DNA from: Laetmonice hystrix
Taxonomy: Eukaryota
Assembly: GCA_965235115.1 (NCBI GenBank)
Contig: OZ249436.1
Span: 47,990,001-48,054,000 of the forward strand
Direction: 5' to 3'
DNA: 64,000 nt
Shown: positions 26,920 through 40,005 of the stretch, in pieces
Numbering within the stretch: position 1 is the first letter of the stretch
Layout of the letters: every line of letters starts with the position of its first letter
Program-made: the position numbers and the translations under genes
Notes under the pieces: model-generated
Databases searched by the model: none
Seen by the model: the letters and a program-made list of their open reading frames with translations, nothing else
Told to the model about the DNA's origin: nothing

Positions 26920-26981
26920 TTACATGGCCGTTTCACACTGTAGATGTTGGTAGCCCTTTGGGGGCATACGGCCTTTTACAT
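26920..26981 (-). CDS. CrzR: Corazonin-type receptor, probable last coding exon
   Basis: Strong acceptor TTATTTTGTTTTCAG (AG at 26983-26982). A phase-1 join gives (D)VKGRMPPKGYQHLQCETAM* (TAA at 26922-26920), followed by repeat-free UTR-like sequence. Confidence 0.6.
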
Positions 26982-27817
26982 CTGAAAACAAAATAAGTCA
27001 TGTTTTGTGATACGCTTCCAGTTAGGTTTCACCAGATGCCATAGGCTGCACTTCCACGAAGATGCTATAATATATTGTCCGACGTGCAATCATACATTAT
27101 ACTATAGGCGAGTATCCTAAAATATACACTAGCACAACAATGGAGAAACTGGAAGGGCGCTACTCATACCCCCACCCTCACACCAAACGTCTGTATAGGG
27201 TGTTGGGGAGTTTTCCAGATCTGGTAAATGTAATCCGTATTTTATGTAGTCTTCACATTAACTTCATGATGATGCTTTCCTGCTTTCATTAGTTTTCCAA
27301 ATCTCATTGGTATACAAATCTGTCTACGATCGAGATTAAAACATGTAATAAATCTGCTATCTCATCACATTGCTTGATTACAGAACGGGCCTCCCCCTGT
27401 TTTGTACACGAATTCTCCACGAACCGTATACACGAATTCTCCACGAACCGTTTTACATTATACACATGTTCTGATCATACACCTATGATCGTGGGAGGCG
27501 TGGGATTATAGCTAATTATAAGTCTGTCCCCAAGCGATGTCATCTCCAGAAACTTGAACCGGCTCCTGTTTTCATGGAGAAATCTACACATGTCGGACTA
27601 GATCATGTGCTGAATTAAAACATCTGTAATTAGGTTCCGAAGGATAAATCCGGCCTGCCTCAACGCCTATATAATTAGGGCACCTGTCGTGTGAGTGCCA
27701 TGGAGAGAAGCAGGGCCGTGACAGGCAGAGGAAATCACGGAGAAACAATCAGGTAGCGTTTCTGGGTGAACGAGTAGGACGCGGAGGTGGCGGACCATTC
27801 TCCGCCTGAGTGATTAC

Positions 27818-27945
27818 CGTGGAATTTCGGGTTGGTGCCGCCACCGACCGCCAGGGCGCGTGGCGATCGGCTCGAGGAGGTTGTCTTGGTCGTGCACGTC
27901 GTTCTGGCAGGACCTTCCCGGGGATACTTCAACGGGCACTGCTCT
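27818..27945 (-). CDS. CrzR: Corazonin-type receptor, C-terminal tail exon (Ser/Thr-rich); may instead read through to TGA at 27737-27735
   Basis: Acceptor TGTGTTTGCAG (AG at 27947-27946). A phase-2 join keeps the open frame (R)EQCPLKYPREGPARTTCTTKTTSSSRSPRALAVGGGTNPKFH. GC-rich island in AT-richer flanks. Candidate donor G|GTAATC at 27817 (phase 1). Confidence 0.72.
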
Positions 27946-28059
27946 CTGCAAACACAAGCACACAGAATCCTCGTTAAATCATTCCAGCTAAGTATAAGCT
28001 AAAAAGTCATGTTAAAAAAATATACAAATTATGGACACCGTAGTTGAGTCAGTTTGGAC

Positions 28060-28328
28060 TCAATACTGGATGAGTAACTGAATATATATGGATAACTCTA
28101 CCTTTCAATACTGGATGAATAACTGAATATATATGGATAACTCTACCTTTCAATACTGGATGAATAACTGAATATATATGGATAACTCTACCTTTCAATA
28201 CTGGATGAATAACTGAATGTATATGGATAACTCTACCTTTCAATACTGGATGAATAACTGAATATATATGGATAACTCTACCTTTCAATACTGGATGAGT
28301 AACTGAATGTATATGGATACCTCTACCA
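28060..28328. repeat. 45-bp minisatellite, 6 copies
   Basis: Unit TCAATACTGGATGAATAACTGAATATATATGGATAACTCTACCTT. Confidence 0.95.
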
Positions 28329-28457
28329 TTATCTTTTTAGTAATACAATATATGATTATTCAGTCTAAAATTTTGGGAAATTTGGACTTTTGCTGGAATA
28401 TAGTTATAACCAACGATTGCATATTAGGCCTATGACAATGTGATCAAAACACATTAA

Positions 28458-28783
28458 AGCGGCACCCCAAATTTCTCACCTTACCTTTGACCCCCAGTGA
28501 CACCATGTTAAAATTTCAGCTTCAAGCGATGGGCGAAAGTATTTAAAAAATGGAATGGAAAAAATGGGAAAAAACATGTCTCCACTGTCCTTATACCACA
28601 CGTCATTACCGCTAGCTCCCAACCCGCGTTGGCTGCAGAAAGTAGTGGTCGGACCGAGCGGTAACTCAGAGCCCTAACATAACCCCATTTAAAAAATACC
28701 TCCGCTTATCGCTCGAACCTGAAATTTTAACATGGTGTCACTAAGGTTCAAAGCTCAATACTTGAGGAGTTTTGGGGGGCACT
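28458..28783. mobile_element. Kolobok-like MITE with long internal inverted repeats
   Basis: TTAA on both sides. Internal inverted repeat AGTGACACCATGTTAAAATTTCAG (28496-28519) / CTGAAATTTTAACATGGTGTCACT (28719-28742). Confidence 0.75.
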
Positions 28784-29300
28784 TTAAGGCACTGGCTATA
28801 AGGGTTGATTTCGTTGTATTCAAGAAGTTGGGACGGATAAAAATAAACACATAAAGGGATAACAATAGTGAGGGTACAAATACAGGGATACGACAGAGGG
28901 ATACCAATAAGCCCGAGTGTTTCAGAACCTGTCGTGGCTTGTCATGTCGTTAAAATCCCCCCCCTCACACACTCAGGAAAGTTACAAAGACCTAGCAAAG
29001 CGACCCACTCTTTTCTATGGTATTATTCTGTGTATATTAATTGACGGCTGAACATTTGGATTTTCGTTTCTGCGAAGCGCGGTGTATTGATAGCGCAGCA
29101 ATTATCACTAGTCTCGCCACCAATTATCATATCGCCTACAATTCTTACAACAGTTTTCCGCGTGATACATGATTGGCCTCGGCGCTGGGTAAATTGATTT
29201 CCTGGGATTTCCTGACATTACTGGGACGGGTTCTAAGAAACGGATGCCATTAATCCCGCTAGAGGGTGTTAATGTTGCCTATTTTGGGATGGACAAGAAG

Positions 29301-29498
29301 GTTAGCGGCAGAATGTACCGTTTGGACGCCACAGTTAGTGGCAGAATGTACCGTTTGGACGCCACAGTTAGTGGCAGAATGTACCGTTTGGACGCCACAG
29401 TTAGTGGCAGAATGTACCGTTTGGACGCCACAGTTAGTGGCAGAATGTACCGTTTGGACGCCACAGTTAGTGGCAGAATGTACCGTTTGGACGTCACA
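29301..29498. repeat. 33-bp minisatellite, 6 copies
   Basis: Unit GTTAGTGGCAGAATGTACCGTTTGGACGCCACA. Confidence 0.95.
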
Positions 29499-29951
29499 AT
29501 CATACACGAAGAAAGAATTTGGGAATTTTAAGGACGTGAAGACGTTTTCGGCTCTTTATTTGTTGGACTTGAACAATAATTTGTATTTCTCTATTTTAAT
29601 TTTCAGCCAAAAGAAGGGAACACTATTAATGTTGAGGACCGATCACCAGAAACGGTCCAATATCTCGCCATGCCCAGTTTGTGCTCGGAAGCAGTGGAAA
29701 GCTTACAAGATGTACATACATGATCTATGTCTAGTTGCAGCGAACGCGGGTGGATGACGTCATTGGTAAGTGTGGGAGCCCTTTGACGTGAGGACGACCT
29801 GTAGGGGGTAATTGACAGCCCCGCCGGAGTAATCCTGCGTTCCGGGCATGTGCAGTTTGCTCATGTATATTGGCCGTTTCTTGGATGTTTCGGACTGGTA
29901 ACGTCTTAAGCACCCCCTGGTGATATGATAATAAAAAAAACAAACACCAGC

Positions 29952-30190
29952 TTTTTACTATAGGGACTACTTTTATAAGGATTCACGTGAAAGGATGTGT
30001 TTTTACTATAGGGACTACTTTTATAAGGCTTCACGTGAAAGGATGTATTTTTACTATAGGGACTACTTTTATAAGGCTTCACGTGAAAGGATGTGTTTTT
30101 ACTATAGGGACTACTTTTATAAGGATTCACGTGAAAGGATGTGTTTTTACTATAGGGACTACTTTTATAAGGTTTCACGTGAAAGGATGT
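29952..30190. repeat. 48-bp minisatellite, 5 copies
   Basis: Unit TTTTTACTATAGGGACTACTTTTATAAGG(A/C)TTCACGTGAAAGGATGTG. Confidence 0.95.
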
Positions 30191-31748
30191 TTAATTGGAT
30201 ACACCTGTTTGGGCGCGGATGTGTCTAGATATAGGTCGAGTGGGTATTCGATATGCCTGTACAGCCGTACTTGATTTTGACTGAGTGCTTCACAAGTCTT
30301 CATGCTACGATCTCTGCTTTTATCAAAGTTTCTTTGTACACTTAAGCTAATTCTAGGCAGAAAGGTAGCGATTTATCAAATGAAATAATTATTTAACTTT
30401 TCCAAATCCCCGGTCATTGATGATTATAAAATACCTAAAATGTAACAAAAACAATCAACTATTAAACTACTGTATAAAGAATAGAGGGATGCACGTGGCC
30501 AAGCTGCGAGTTCTACAAAATCTTGAAATCAGAAATTCGTGCAAAATACGAACATAGCTACTCGAATCTACGGCGTACACACAATACAAATACCAACAGG
30601 CGCTCACACGACTGCATAAATTCAATTTGTTTAAGGTCTGGTTTTGGGAAGCATTCCCGAAAAGCCTAATAGTGACAAAACTTCAGGTTCGAAAGAGCAA
30701 GACTTTAGAAATGGGGTATTAAACATAGAATATATGATAATTATGAGCTTACGGTTTAGCTGGACTTCCGGCGCTTAGGACCGAAAATGCCAGATTTCAT
30801 CATGGCCATTTGTTGGATTTAAATGAACCCCAGAAGATGACGTCGCAATTAGCGGCGTGTGGGGGCCCACTATAAAGTGTGCCTTTGCATTTTCAACCGT
30901 TTGTTGTATTGCCGTAATCGGCGCAACCTGCGGCAAAGAAGCAAATAGTGAGGAGCGGGAAGTATAGGTTATGGGTTAGCAGCCTCATGGCCAGTGGCAT
31001 GCATGAAATCTATTTCATCGCTAGATATGCAACTTATAATTAACACAGAAAAAACAATCATACAGGCTACGGTTGGTGAGGTGTGCAAATAAAAAGAATT
31101 ATGTTGAAATCTAAAAGAATAAAAAAAGAGAACTGTGTCTGCATGCCACGTCTGCCCCGTTATAGACAATGTCGGGATGGACACGTTTAAACTTTTCTAT
31201 CGGTTCTAACAATGGTACTGTAAAACAACCATTGCTTACACCATGACATCAACGACGCAATTTTATTTTCGTACCTAACCCTTATTAGATTTATCCTCTT
31301 AAAGCTATACGACCTCACCGGACCAATTTTCAGTTGGCGCCGGTCGACAACAAGACAACTGGCTGGGAGCACGGATTTATGTGGAATGCTGTACACGGTA
31401 GATGGTATAGGTTTAAGAATAATGTTTCTATAAATTAAACCACAACTTCGAACAAGCATCACTGAAAAATAAACTTTGCATGTCTTAAAAAAAATCATTC
31501 GACAAGGAATGGAAGGGGCGTTGTTAGTCTATGCAATAAAAAAGGTATATTTATACTCTTGCTAAGAAAAAGACCAGGGAAGATTTTATGAACGTTCTAT
31601 ATCATGTATCACTCAGTGATCAAAAATGCTACTTTTCATCCCATTATGTATAAACTTAATGTACGTAAGTGTTGTGGTGTTAACTCAACTGTTGAAAACG
31701 GAATTAGATCTTATGCGGTCGGATGCAATAAGAGAGAACTACTTAAAG

Positions 31749-31936
31749 CGTATTCTATTCTAGAATATCGTATTCTATTCCAGTATATCGTATTCTATTC
31801 TAGAATATCGTATTCTATTCCAATATATCGTATTCTATTCTAGAATATCGTATTCCATTCTAGAATATCGTATTCCATTATAGCATATCATATTCTATTC
31901 TAGAATATCGTATTCTATACTATTCTATTCGTATTC
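31749..31936. repeat. 20-bp AT-rich minisatellite
   Basis: Unit TATTCTATTCTAGAATATCG. Confidence 0.9.
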
Positions 31937-32332
31937 TAACTGATTAAACGGCCAAAGTACACCGCCTGAACTCCGACTCAATAACTGATTAAAGGGCCAA
32001 AGTACACCGCCTGAACTCCGACTCAATAACTGATTAAAGGGCCAAAGTACACCGCCTGAACTCCGACTCAATAACTGATTAAAGGGCCAAAGTACACCGC
32101 CTGAACTCCGGCTCAATAACTGATTAAAGGGCCAAAGTACACCGCCTGAACTCCGGCTCAATAACTGATTAAAGGGCCAAAGTACACCGCCTGAACTCCG
32201 ACTCAATAACTGATTAAAGGGCCAAAGTACACCGCCTGAACTCCGGCTCAATAACTGATTAAAGGGCCAAAGTACACCGCCTGAACTCCGACTCAATAAC
32301 TGATTAAAGGGCCAAAGTACACCGCCTGAACT
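31937..32332. repeat. 45-bp minisatellite, ~9 copies, directly abutting the 20-bp array
   Basis: Unit TAACTGATTAAAGGGCCAAAGTACACCGCCTGAACTCCG(A/G)CTCAA. Confidence 0.96.
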
Positions 32333-32719
32333 GTGATTCACCACAACCAATCAGGAGGATTAAATCCCTGAAGACTGATTGGATTACCGAGGTACATGTA
32401 TCGGATTACTGATTCTATAATGAGAGCTCATCAAGTTAAATCTGTTTCTGTAATTATACCGTGAAAGGTAACCCTTCAAGTATTCGCGTTGCTTTGCACG
32501 GCCAATTCTTGATGTAAAAGTGTTCAGACTGCGAGTCGGACAGTGTCATTCGTGGTCCGCGGCAATATGCCACGTCCATGGAATGGAATTTGTGCTGGTT
32601 CAATGAGCATGATTCCCAGATGTACAATCAATCAACAGCGAACCTAACTAAAGCTTGGAGGACCGGATTTGTAATTGGAAAATAATGAAATAAGTATGCC
32701 TTTGGCACGCATGGGGGAC

Positions 32720-34611
32720 TGGGGATTGGTGTGTGTGGATCAGGTTGGGTTGGGGTGTACCCTCAGGCCCGTGTATGGATCAGGTGGGGGTTGGTGTTTA
32801 CCCTCAGGCCTGTGTGTGGATCAGGTGGGGGTTGGTGTTTACCCTCAGGCCCGTGTATGGATCAGGTGGGGGTTGGTGTTTACCCTCAGGCCTGTGTGTG
32901 GATCAGGTTGGGTTGGTGTGTACCTTCAGGTCCGTGTATGGATCAGGTGGGGGTTGGTGTTTACCCTCAGGCCCGTGTATGGATCAGGTGGGGGTTGGTG
33001 TTTACCCTCAGGCCTGTGTGTGGATCAGGTTGGGTTGGTGTGTACCTTCAGGTCCGTGTATGGATCAGGTGGGGGTTGGGGTGTACCCTCAGGCCTGTGT
33101 GTGGATCAGGTGGGGGTTGGTGTTTACCTTCAGGCCTGTGTGTGGATCAGGTGGGGGTTGGTGTTTACCCTCAGGCCTGTGTGTGGATCAGGTGGGGGTT
33201 GGGGTGTACCCTCAGGCCTGTGTGTGGATCAGGTGGGGGTTGGTGTTTACCCTCAGGCCTGTGTGTGGATCAGGTGGGGGTTGGTGTTTACCTTCAGGCC
33301 TGTGTGTGGATCAGGTGGGGGTTGGTGTTTACCCTCAGGCCTGTGTGTGGATCAGGTGGGGGTTGGTGTTTACCCTCAGGCCTGTGTGTGGATCAGGTGG
33401 GGGTTGGTGTTTACCCTCAGGCCTGTGTGTGGATCAGGTGGGGGTTGGTGTGTACCTTCAGGTCCGTGTATGGATCAGGTTGGGTTGGGGTGTACCCTCA
33501 GGCCCGTGTATGGATCAGGTGGGGGTTGGTGTTTACCCTCAGGCCCGTGTGTGGATCAGGTGGGGGTTGGTGTGTACCTTCAGGCCCGTGTATGGATCAG
33601 GTGGGGGTTGGTGTTTACCCTCAGGCCTGTGTGTGGATCAGGTGGGGGTTGGTGTGTACCTTCAGGTCCGTGTATGGATCAGGTGGGGGTTGGTGTGTAC
33701 CTTCAGGTCCGTGTATGGATCAGGTGGGGGTTGGTGTTTCCCCTCAGGCCCGTGTGTGGATCAGGTGGGGGTTGGTGTTTACCCTCAGGCCTGTGTGTGG
33801 ATCAGGTGGGGGTTGGTGTTTACCCTCAGGCCTGTGTATGGATCAGGTGGGGGTTGGTGTTTATCCTCAGGCCCGTGTGTGGATCAGGTGGGGGTTGGTG
33901 TTTACCCTCAGGCCTGTGTGTGGATCAGGTGGGGGTTGGTGTTTACCCTCAGGCCTGTGTATGGATCAGGTGGGGGTTGGTGTTTACCCTCAGGCCTGTG
34001 TCTGGATCAGGTGGGGGTTGGTGTTTACCCTCAGGCCTGTGTGTGGATCAGGTGGGGGTTGGTGTTTACCCTCAGGCCTGTGTGTGGATCAGGTGGGGGT
34101 TGGTGTTTACCCTCAGGCCTGTGTATGGATCAGGTGGGGGTTGGTGTTTATCCTCAGGCCCGTGTGTGGATCAGGTGGGGGTTGGTGTTTACCCTCAGGC
34201 CTGTGTGTGGATCAGGTGGGGGTTGGTGTTTACCCTCAGGCCTGTGTATGGATCAGGTGGGGGTTGGTGTTTACCCTCAGGCCTGTGTGTGGATCAGGTG
34301 GGGGTTGGTGTTTACCCCCCGGCCCGTGTGTGGATCAGGTGGGGTTGGTGTTTATCCTCAGGCCCGTGTGTGGATCAGGTGGGGGTTGGTGTTTACCCTC
34401 AGGCCTGTGTGTGGATCAGGTGGGGGTTGGTGTTTACCCTCAGGCCTGTGTATGGATCAGGTGGGGGTTGGTGTTTACCCTCAGGCCTGTGTATGGATCA
34501 GGTGGGGGTTGGTGTTTATCCTCAGGCCCGTGTGTGGATCAGGTGGGGGTTGGTGTTTATCCTCAGGCCCGTGTGTGGATCAGGTGGGGGTTGGTGTTAA
34601 CCCTCAGGCCT
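32720..34611. repeat. 41-bp G/T-rich minisatellite, ~46 copies
   Basis: Unit GGATCAGGTGGGGGTTGGTGTTTACCCTCAGGCCTGTGTGT. Confidence 0.98.
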
Positions 34612-35247
34612 TTTAAAAACACCATTTAAAAATGGGTCATGTACACGGTTGTTCTAACGAGTAATCCTTTAAATCTTTAATATATATTTTGTGACGCCAA
34701 ACAAAAAATAGTCCATGATAAAATATCCTCTCAGCATTAAAGAGATATTTAACCAGAAAATGTTATAAAGAAGTTTATGGAACAATTTTCGTTTGATTGA
34801 GGCTATATTGAATCACCTTTTTCTAACAAACAAGGAAGCATTTCCAGACGTTCATAATAACATACTTGCAGACCACGTGTGACCAGTGTGGCGGAAGTGA
34901 CATTTTCCGCATGATCAATTTTACATAACGGGAAATGTTGTCGTTAACAGGGAACGCATACAGTGTTACTTTCGCTTAAAATGTGCAAACGGGGGTATGA
35001 GACAGAAACCGTATTTAAAAAAAAGTAAAATAAGAACAAAATAGCAAAACTGTAGCAAACAACCATTTCAAGGAAGGGAAATAGAGCTATATGTCACTGG
35101 AATCACATTTTTGAATATCAAAACAGCAATATTAAGAAAAGGCTGTTTTGATATCAAATGTAAACATTCTTTAAAACGCTCACATATGCCAAAATGTGCA
35201 TATAAAAATGTGCTTATACAAATTCCTCAGTCGTGCTAAAACCTTAC

Positions 35248-35524
35248 CGTCTACGTTTCTTGCAGATGTGGAAAGCGCCGTAGATAAGTGGGTTCACCAT
35301 GGAGTTAGCCATTCCGAAGAAAAATATCCATATGGAGGCCTTAGTGTCAATATCTCTATGGTCGTAGAATGTAAAGATGATAAACATAACATAGTAGGGT
35401 GTCCAGCAGACAATGAACGCCGCCACAATGAGGGCAGTCATGCGCAGAGATTTCACTTTGGCCTTCCGGAACAGCTTGCCTCTCATTGGTCCACGTGATA
35501 GCATATCCGTCGTCGTTTCTACCT
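35248..35524 (-). CDS. CrzR: Corazonin-type receptor, exon encoding ICL3-TM6-ECL3-TM7-helix 8
   Basis: Translates (E)VETTTDMLSRGPMRGKLFRKAKVKSLRMTALIVAAFIVCWTPYYVMFIIFTF...IFFFGMANSMVNPLIYGAFHICKKRR, with CWxPYY (TM6) and NPxxY (TM7). Acceptor CTTTGTTCACAG is phase 1 and matches the upstream donor; donor CG|GTAAGG is phase 2. Confidence 0.95.
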
Positions 35525-35574
35525 CTGTGAACAAAGAGTTCCAATGAGACGACTGAAGCTGAACGATCACTTAA

Positions 35575-38500
35575 AGACAATCGCGCCATTTTAGATCTGA
35601 CGTTGAAAAAGCTTAGATATTTGGTAGAAGTGAAGATCTATATGTCTACTTTACAAAAACATGAAAAAAATATATGGTCACCGTGGAAACCTGAGAGTGA
35701 CAGCACTGCCACCTTGTGGCCAATTTGGAAATTAGGTAGAACTATTCAACACAAGATAAATTCAGTTTTTTTGTATTTCTTCACAATCATAAATCACTTG
35801 ACGACACCAGTTTAATCAGGAGACATGGGTTAATGAAAATACACCAAAGAAATTTAAAAAATGCAGGTTTTGGGGTGTTTCCAGGATACATATAATTCAA
35901 CTGAAATGTTAATTTTCGGCAGTCAGATCGGGAAATCGTGTGCCAAAAAAAATTCAACGTTGACAATTCTTCAAAATTTCAGCGGCGTATCCCGGAGAGG
36001 CTGCGTTATCATATGCACAAAGAAAAAATAGGGGTCACCGTGCTTATTTTTTTAGTAACCGGCTCCGTTTACCCCGGAGTTTGGCCCAAAACTGATTTTT
36101 TACACGTCAACTGTAGGAATTTCTATTTTTATGCAAAATAGACACCCTAGTTATATTAAATATTAAAATCCTTTGAAATATTGACGGTTTGAAGATATGG
36201 ATATGAAAAGGTTCAAATATATAACAAATTTATTGTCTCCATCAGTGCAACTGTATAGGCCTATAGTGCTCAGATAAAATGTGCCCATATTTTACTCTGC
36301 AGGCTTTGATATTACTACTAACCATCCTGCTTCACTCTGTACACATAATTTCAGTACATAAATAATGGAAAAACAGATCCAACTGTTCTCCAAAGATTAC
36401 TGAGACAAGTGCGACTTTGCACTGTGCCTATACCACAGCACTTGGCATTTCACGTAGAGTATAGGGCCTATACTGGCCAGGCCCTGTCTCAGCGCGTATA
36501 CGACGAGCGGTGACCCAGTCACCCGGTGCGCTGCAGATGGCTGACGGAGCTACGGACCCGACTTGTTCGTAAACTACCGGACCGTGTGGACGTTATATTT
36601 GTCCAATAATCATAATCAAGGTCGGAATAGAAATTTAATTACCGTTGCTCTCTGAAAATATCGATTTCGTGCTCAGTGGAAGAAGTTTAGTATTAAAACG
36701 AAGGCCGCAAAGTTGCGATAACGGACCTCTTCGCAGAGCGTCGCCGGGCCAGCTGGGGGCCGTTGCATAAAAAGCCGCTATGTGTACGGGTTGCCGTTAA
36801 GTGTCTAACGGGTACCCTAGCGGGCCAAAGTGTTGCAGAGACCTCAGTGGGAATCCCCGCTAGTGATCAAGTGTTGCAATGTGCACAGTCGAGCGTGACC
36901 CGGCACCCGTTAACCGCTCCTCGCGGGCTATTTTGAGATGTTTTTAACCTGTACCTCGGGAGGTGCAAGTTAACACTAACGGGAATCCCGCAAAATGCTG
37001 ACATGGTCTTTTTGGTATCTGCATAAGGTCATCGTAATCATTGGGGCGTCGTAATGTGTATATTGATCTAACCATTTAATTCGTGATATCAGTGGCGGCG
37101 CTAGGGTTATATTGCGTGACTCGGGGTAACATAAAACATAAATATGAAATATCTCCGTAAGTAATAAACCATCATTTATTGACCATTAGTAAACATATCG
37201 CATATAGGCGTCCGTGTATGTGAAGTGGGTGCGGATGGACCATTGTGCGACTTGTAGTATTGCAGCCGTGTCCTCCATGTGAATTCATCTGTGACAACGC
37301 TCCGGAAAATGTGTGCCTGACTCTGAAATCCGCAAAGAGAAAACATATCGTTGATAAAAACAGTATAGATACATTTCCACATGTCTAAAGGGCGAAACAC
37401 ACAGGGCGCGGGCGGCAATCTAAAACACACTAAACGCGGGGTTTTCTGAGCGGCATATGTGCGATTCTCCAACGTGGGAGCAAATTGCAGACATAGAAAC
37501 TTTTTTACATCTTGGAGTCTTTTTTTTATCATAAAACTAGATATGTCATGACTCCAAAACAGAAACGAGCAGCGCACTTTTATACGTTTTTGTAACTTTT
37601 TTTCCAACTGCAAATAAGCAACCCAGAGTCAATGTGTCAAATCCATAAAAATCAATTTACTGGTATTTGCTTAATATTAATTTCGAGTATTCTAATTATA
37701 TGGGAGCACGTCCAAAATACTCACAAGAAAATGTTCTGTCATGGAGGTGACTATGTAACGGAGATGATTTTGGTATTATTGCTATCAATGAAATTGAAAT
37801 AAATGTGGTTCAAAAACATTGTATGTGATCTCTTTCACATGCCATTTGTGTTGATCAGTTTCTATGGTTACCTCTGCTTTTATAGATGTAACGGAGCTGA
37901 TGGATGAGTAAAGCTATAATTTATTTCTCCACTTTTGTATAAAATATAGATATGTTGAAAGATTCTTCAAGAGGGAAGGTGAACCATGCACCTTTAAGTC
38001 CATCTCAGAAAACAAATCATTTGATTGGTTCTTTAATTACCTCTAGGTGCCTAATATACAGCAATAGCTCGAGGATAGCGGCAGTTAGTTGTAACAGAGT
38101 TGATAAAAAAAAATCAGGACAGGGCTTTGGGGGTTCAACATGATAAAAGTAGATCTATGGATACAAACTAAAATTTTCAGAACACAAAGTTCTAATTCTG
38201 TTCAGTTCAACTCTAAAACCTGATATGAGCCTAAGATTAGATCTATTATAGTGTGGGACAATTTCACATTGGGGGGGGGGGGCAAAAGATATTCTCGCCC
38301 CCCCCCTCTTAAAATTCTCGGCGCCCCTGATCTTACTTTTCGATCCAGTTATTTGACGCCCACTGGTCATTTGCGAGGCGCGGCATTGTCAACCAGTCGT
38401 TCACTCAGTGCACTTGCACTCGGCCATGCACTGTTTGTAAACACTCCCATACGCAATGGCATTTTCAAAATAACATGTTTGTTCGCGGCTTATACGCATT

Positions 38501-39227
38501 GGACGCTCCGTTTCTAACGTTTAGTAGGTACAACACTTGTGAGTAGTTCCCCAAGCAATGGATTTCGCGAAAGGTATAAGATTACTAGGAAATACCATGA
38601 TTTGTCTTACCTTGCAGACGACACTGGCGGGGAGCGATAATACGTGTGTTCGGCTTCTTCTTCGGTGTCTCACTCCAGTTGTGTCACGCGCATTTATTTA
38701 CGGGAATTATTAACGGGTTCCCACTATAGTGCGGGGGCCCAAAACATGATTAACGGGGAATGAATTTAACGGGTTTGGCGTTTAGTGGGATCCCGTTAGG
38801 TGGTGTTGTGCAACGCTTTTTCACACTAACTTAACGGGACCCACTAAACGCGACCCCCGCTAAGCTTCGTTATGGCATAACTAGTGGCTTTTTATGCAAC
38901 GGCCCCCTGGGTCACTACAGGCACAGCTCGGGTGCTTTCTGATGTTTCCGAAGAGCCTACATTCCTTACACAGCTTCTCGGGAATTTCTGTAAATTTCCC
39001 CTCCTAACTTTCTCTGATTGCTTTATAAACATTCATTTATGCTTCGCAGGCATATTCAGTCATATAGATGGGAACACTCTTGCTTATAAGGTCGAAGTCG
39101 GCCGCCAAACGAAAATACCGCGCAGCGCAAACTGACTTGAGTGGTGCAAAACACGTATTACCGGGCGCGGCTACACTCGCTCAACATGCGCAACGATGAT
39201 GCGCATAAACAAATGGCGCGATTGCCT
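35575..39227. mobile_element. Kolobok-like non-autonomous element hosting a nested Harbinger-like element
   Basis: TTAA|AGACAATCGCGCCATTT ... AAATGGCGCGATTGCCT|TTAA (17-bp TIR, one mismatch). Confidence 0.75.
36756..38906. mobile_element. PIF/Harbinger-like non-autonomous element (CTG TSD)
   Basis: CTG|GGGGCCGTTGCATAAAAAGCCGCTA ... TAGTGGCTTTTTATGCAACGGCCCC|CTG, with repeated TAACGGG subterminal motifs at both ends. Confidence 0.85.
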
Positions 39228-39947
39228 TTAAACGTGGTAAGCGTTTTCTTAAGACATGGTTACTTAAAACAATGTAATCAATCAATAGATTCTCATTCAA
39301 TGCCAATAACAATTAGCATATTACATTCAGCACTGTGCCCCCATGACGGATGGCTTCCCTATTATTACAACATGCACATCGGGAAGCAATGAGTTTATGG
39401 AATAAGGAAAGGCTAGAAACATCACTGTACATGCAAATTACATTCAGGCAGGCAGTAAGCCAGATAAAGGTAAAGAATACATAGAGTACAAAGTAAGAAT
39501 CACCATGGGAACATATTAATTTACAGCTGGCGAGAAAAATAATTCTCTAGCAATTTGATTACTGCATATAGAAGTCTAGGCCTAGGCTATACATTTTTTT
39601 GAGGGGGAAATGGTGCGATTATTCTTTCGTTAGAAATGTCTGCGAATATTTTAACCTGCACCTGACATAATGAATTACGCCCTAGGTATTTAACATTCAT
39701 TTTTATTATAATATTATACCATAATAGCAATCACACTAAAATAATAAATTTAATAGAAAGCGAACTAAATAAAGTTCGTGTGACTGTGTTCGCGATCATT
39801 AAGAGCAATATGCGCCACCTGACGGCCTCTCGAACAACTAGATAGAATGAGCGCAAAACTGTAATTTAACTGATGTAACCTAGGCCTATATCACTACTGA
39901 AATTTATCATGAATCGCGCTGCGTCTTATGCGTGGCCACAGTATGTC

Positions 39948-40005
39948 TAGTCTCGATCACCAGACCTTTTTTCTCGCTAGATAGGAGGACTGGTGGTCGA
40001 GTCTA
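39948..40005. mobile_element. 58-bp hairpin element with TAG..CTA termini and a 9-bp TSD (Academ-like minimal element)
   Basis: Imperfect inverted repeat TAGTCTCGATCACCAG..CTGGTGGTCGAGTCTA, flanked by CAGTATGTC (39939-39947) and CATTATGTC (40006-40014). Confidence 0.6.

Noticed and set aside
32675..34629. Three overlapping 627-641 aa ORFs
   Set aside because: They are a product of a stop-free 41-bp tandem repeat; all three frames cycle through the same peptide and there is no unique coding flank.
37090..38365. Third nesting level (CAGTGG..CCACTG) inside the Harbinger-like element
   Set aside because: The match does not extend beyond 6 bp and there is no TSD.
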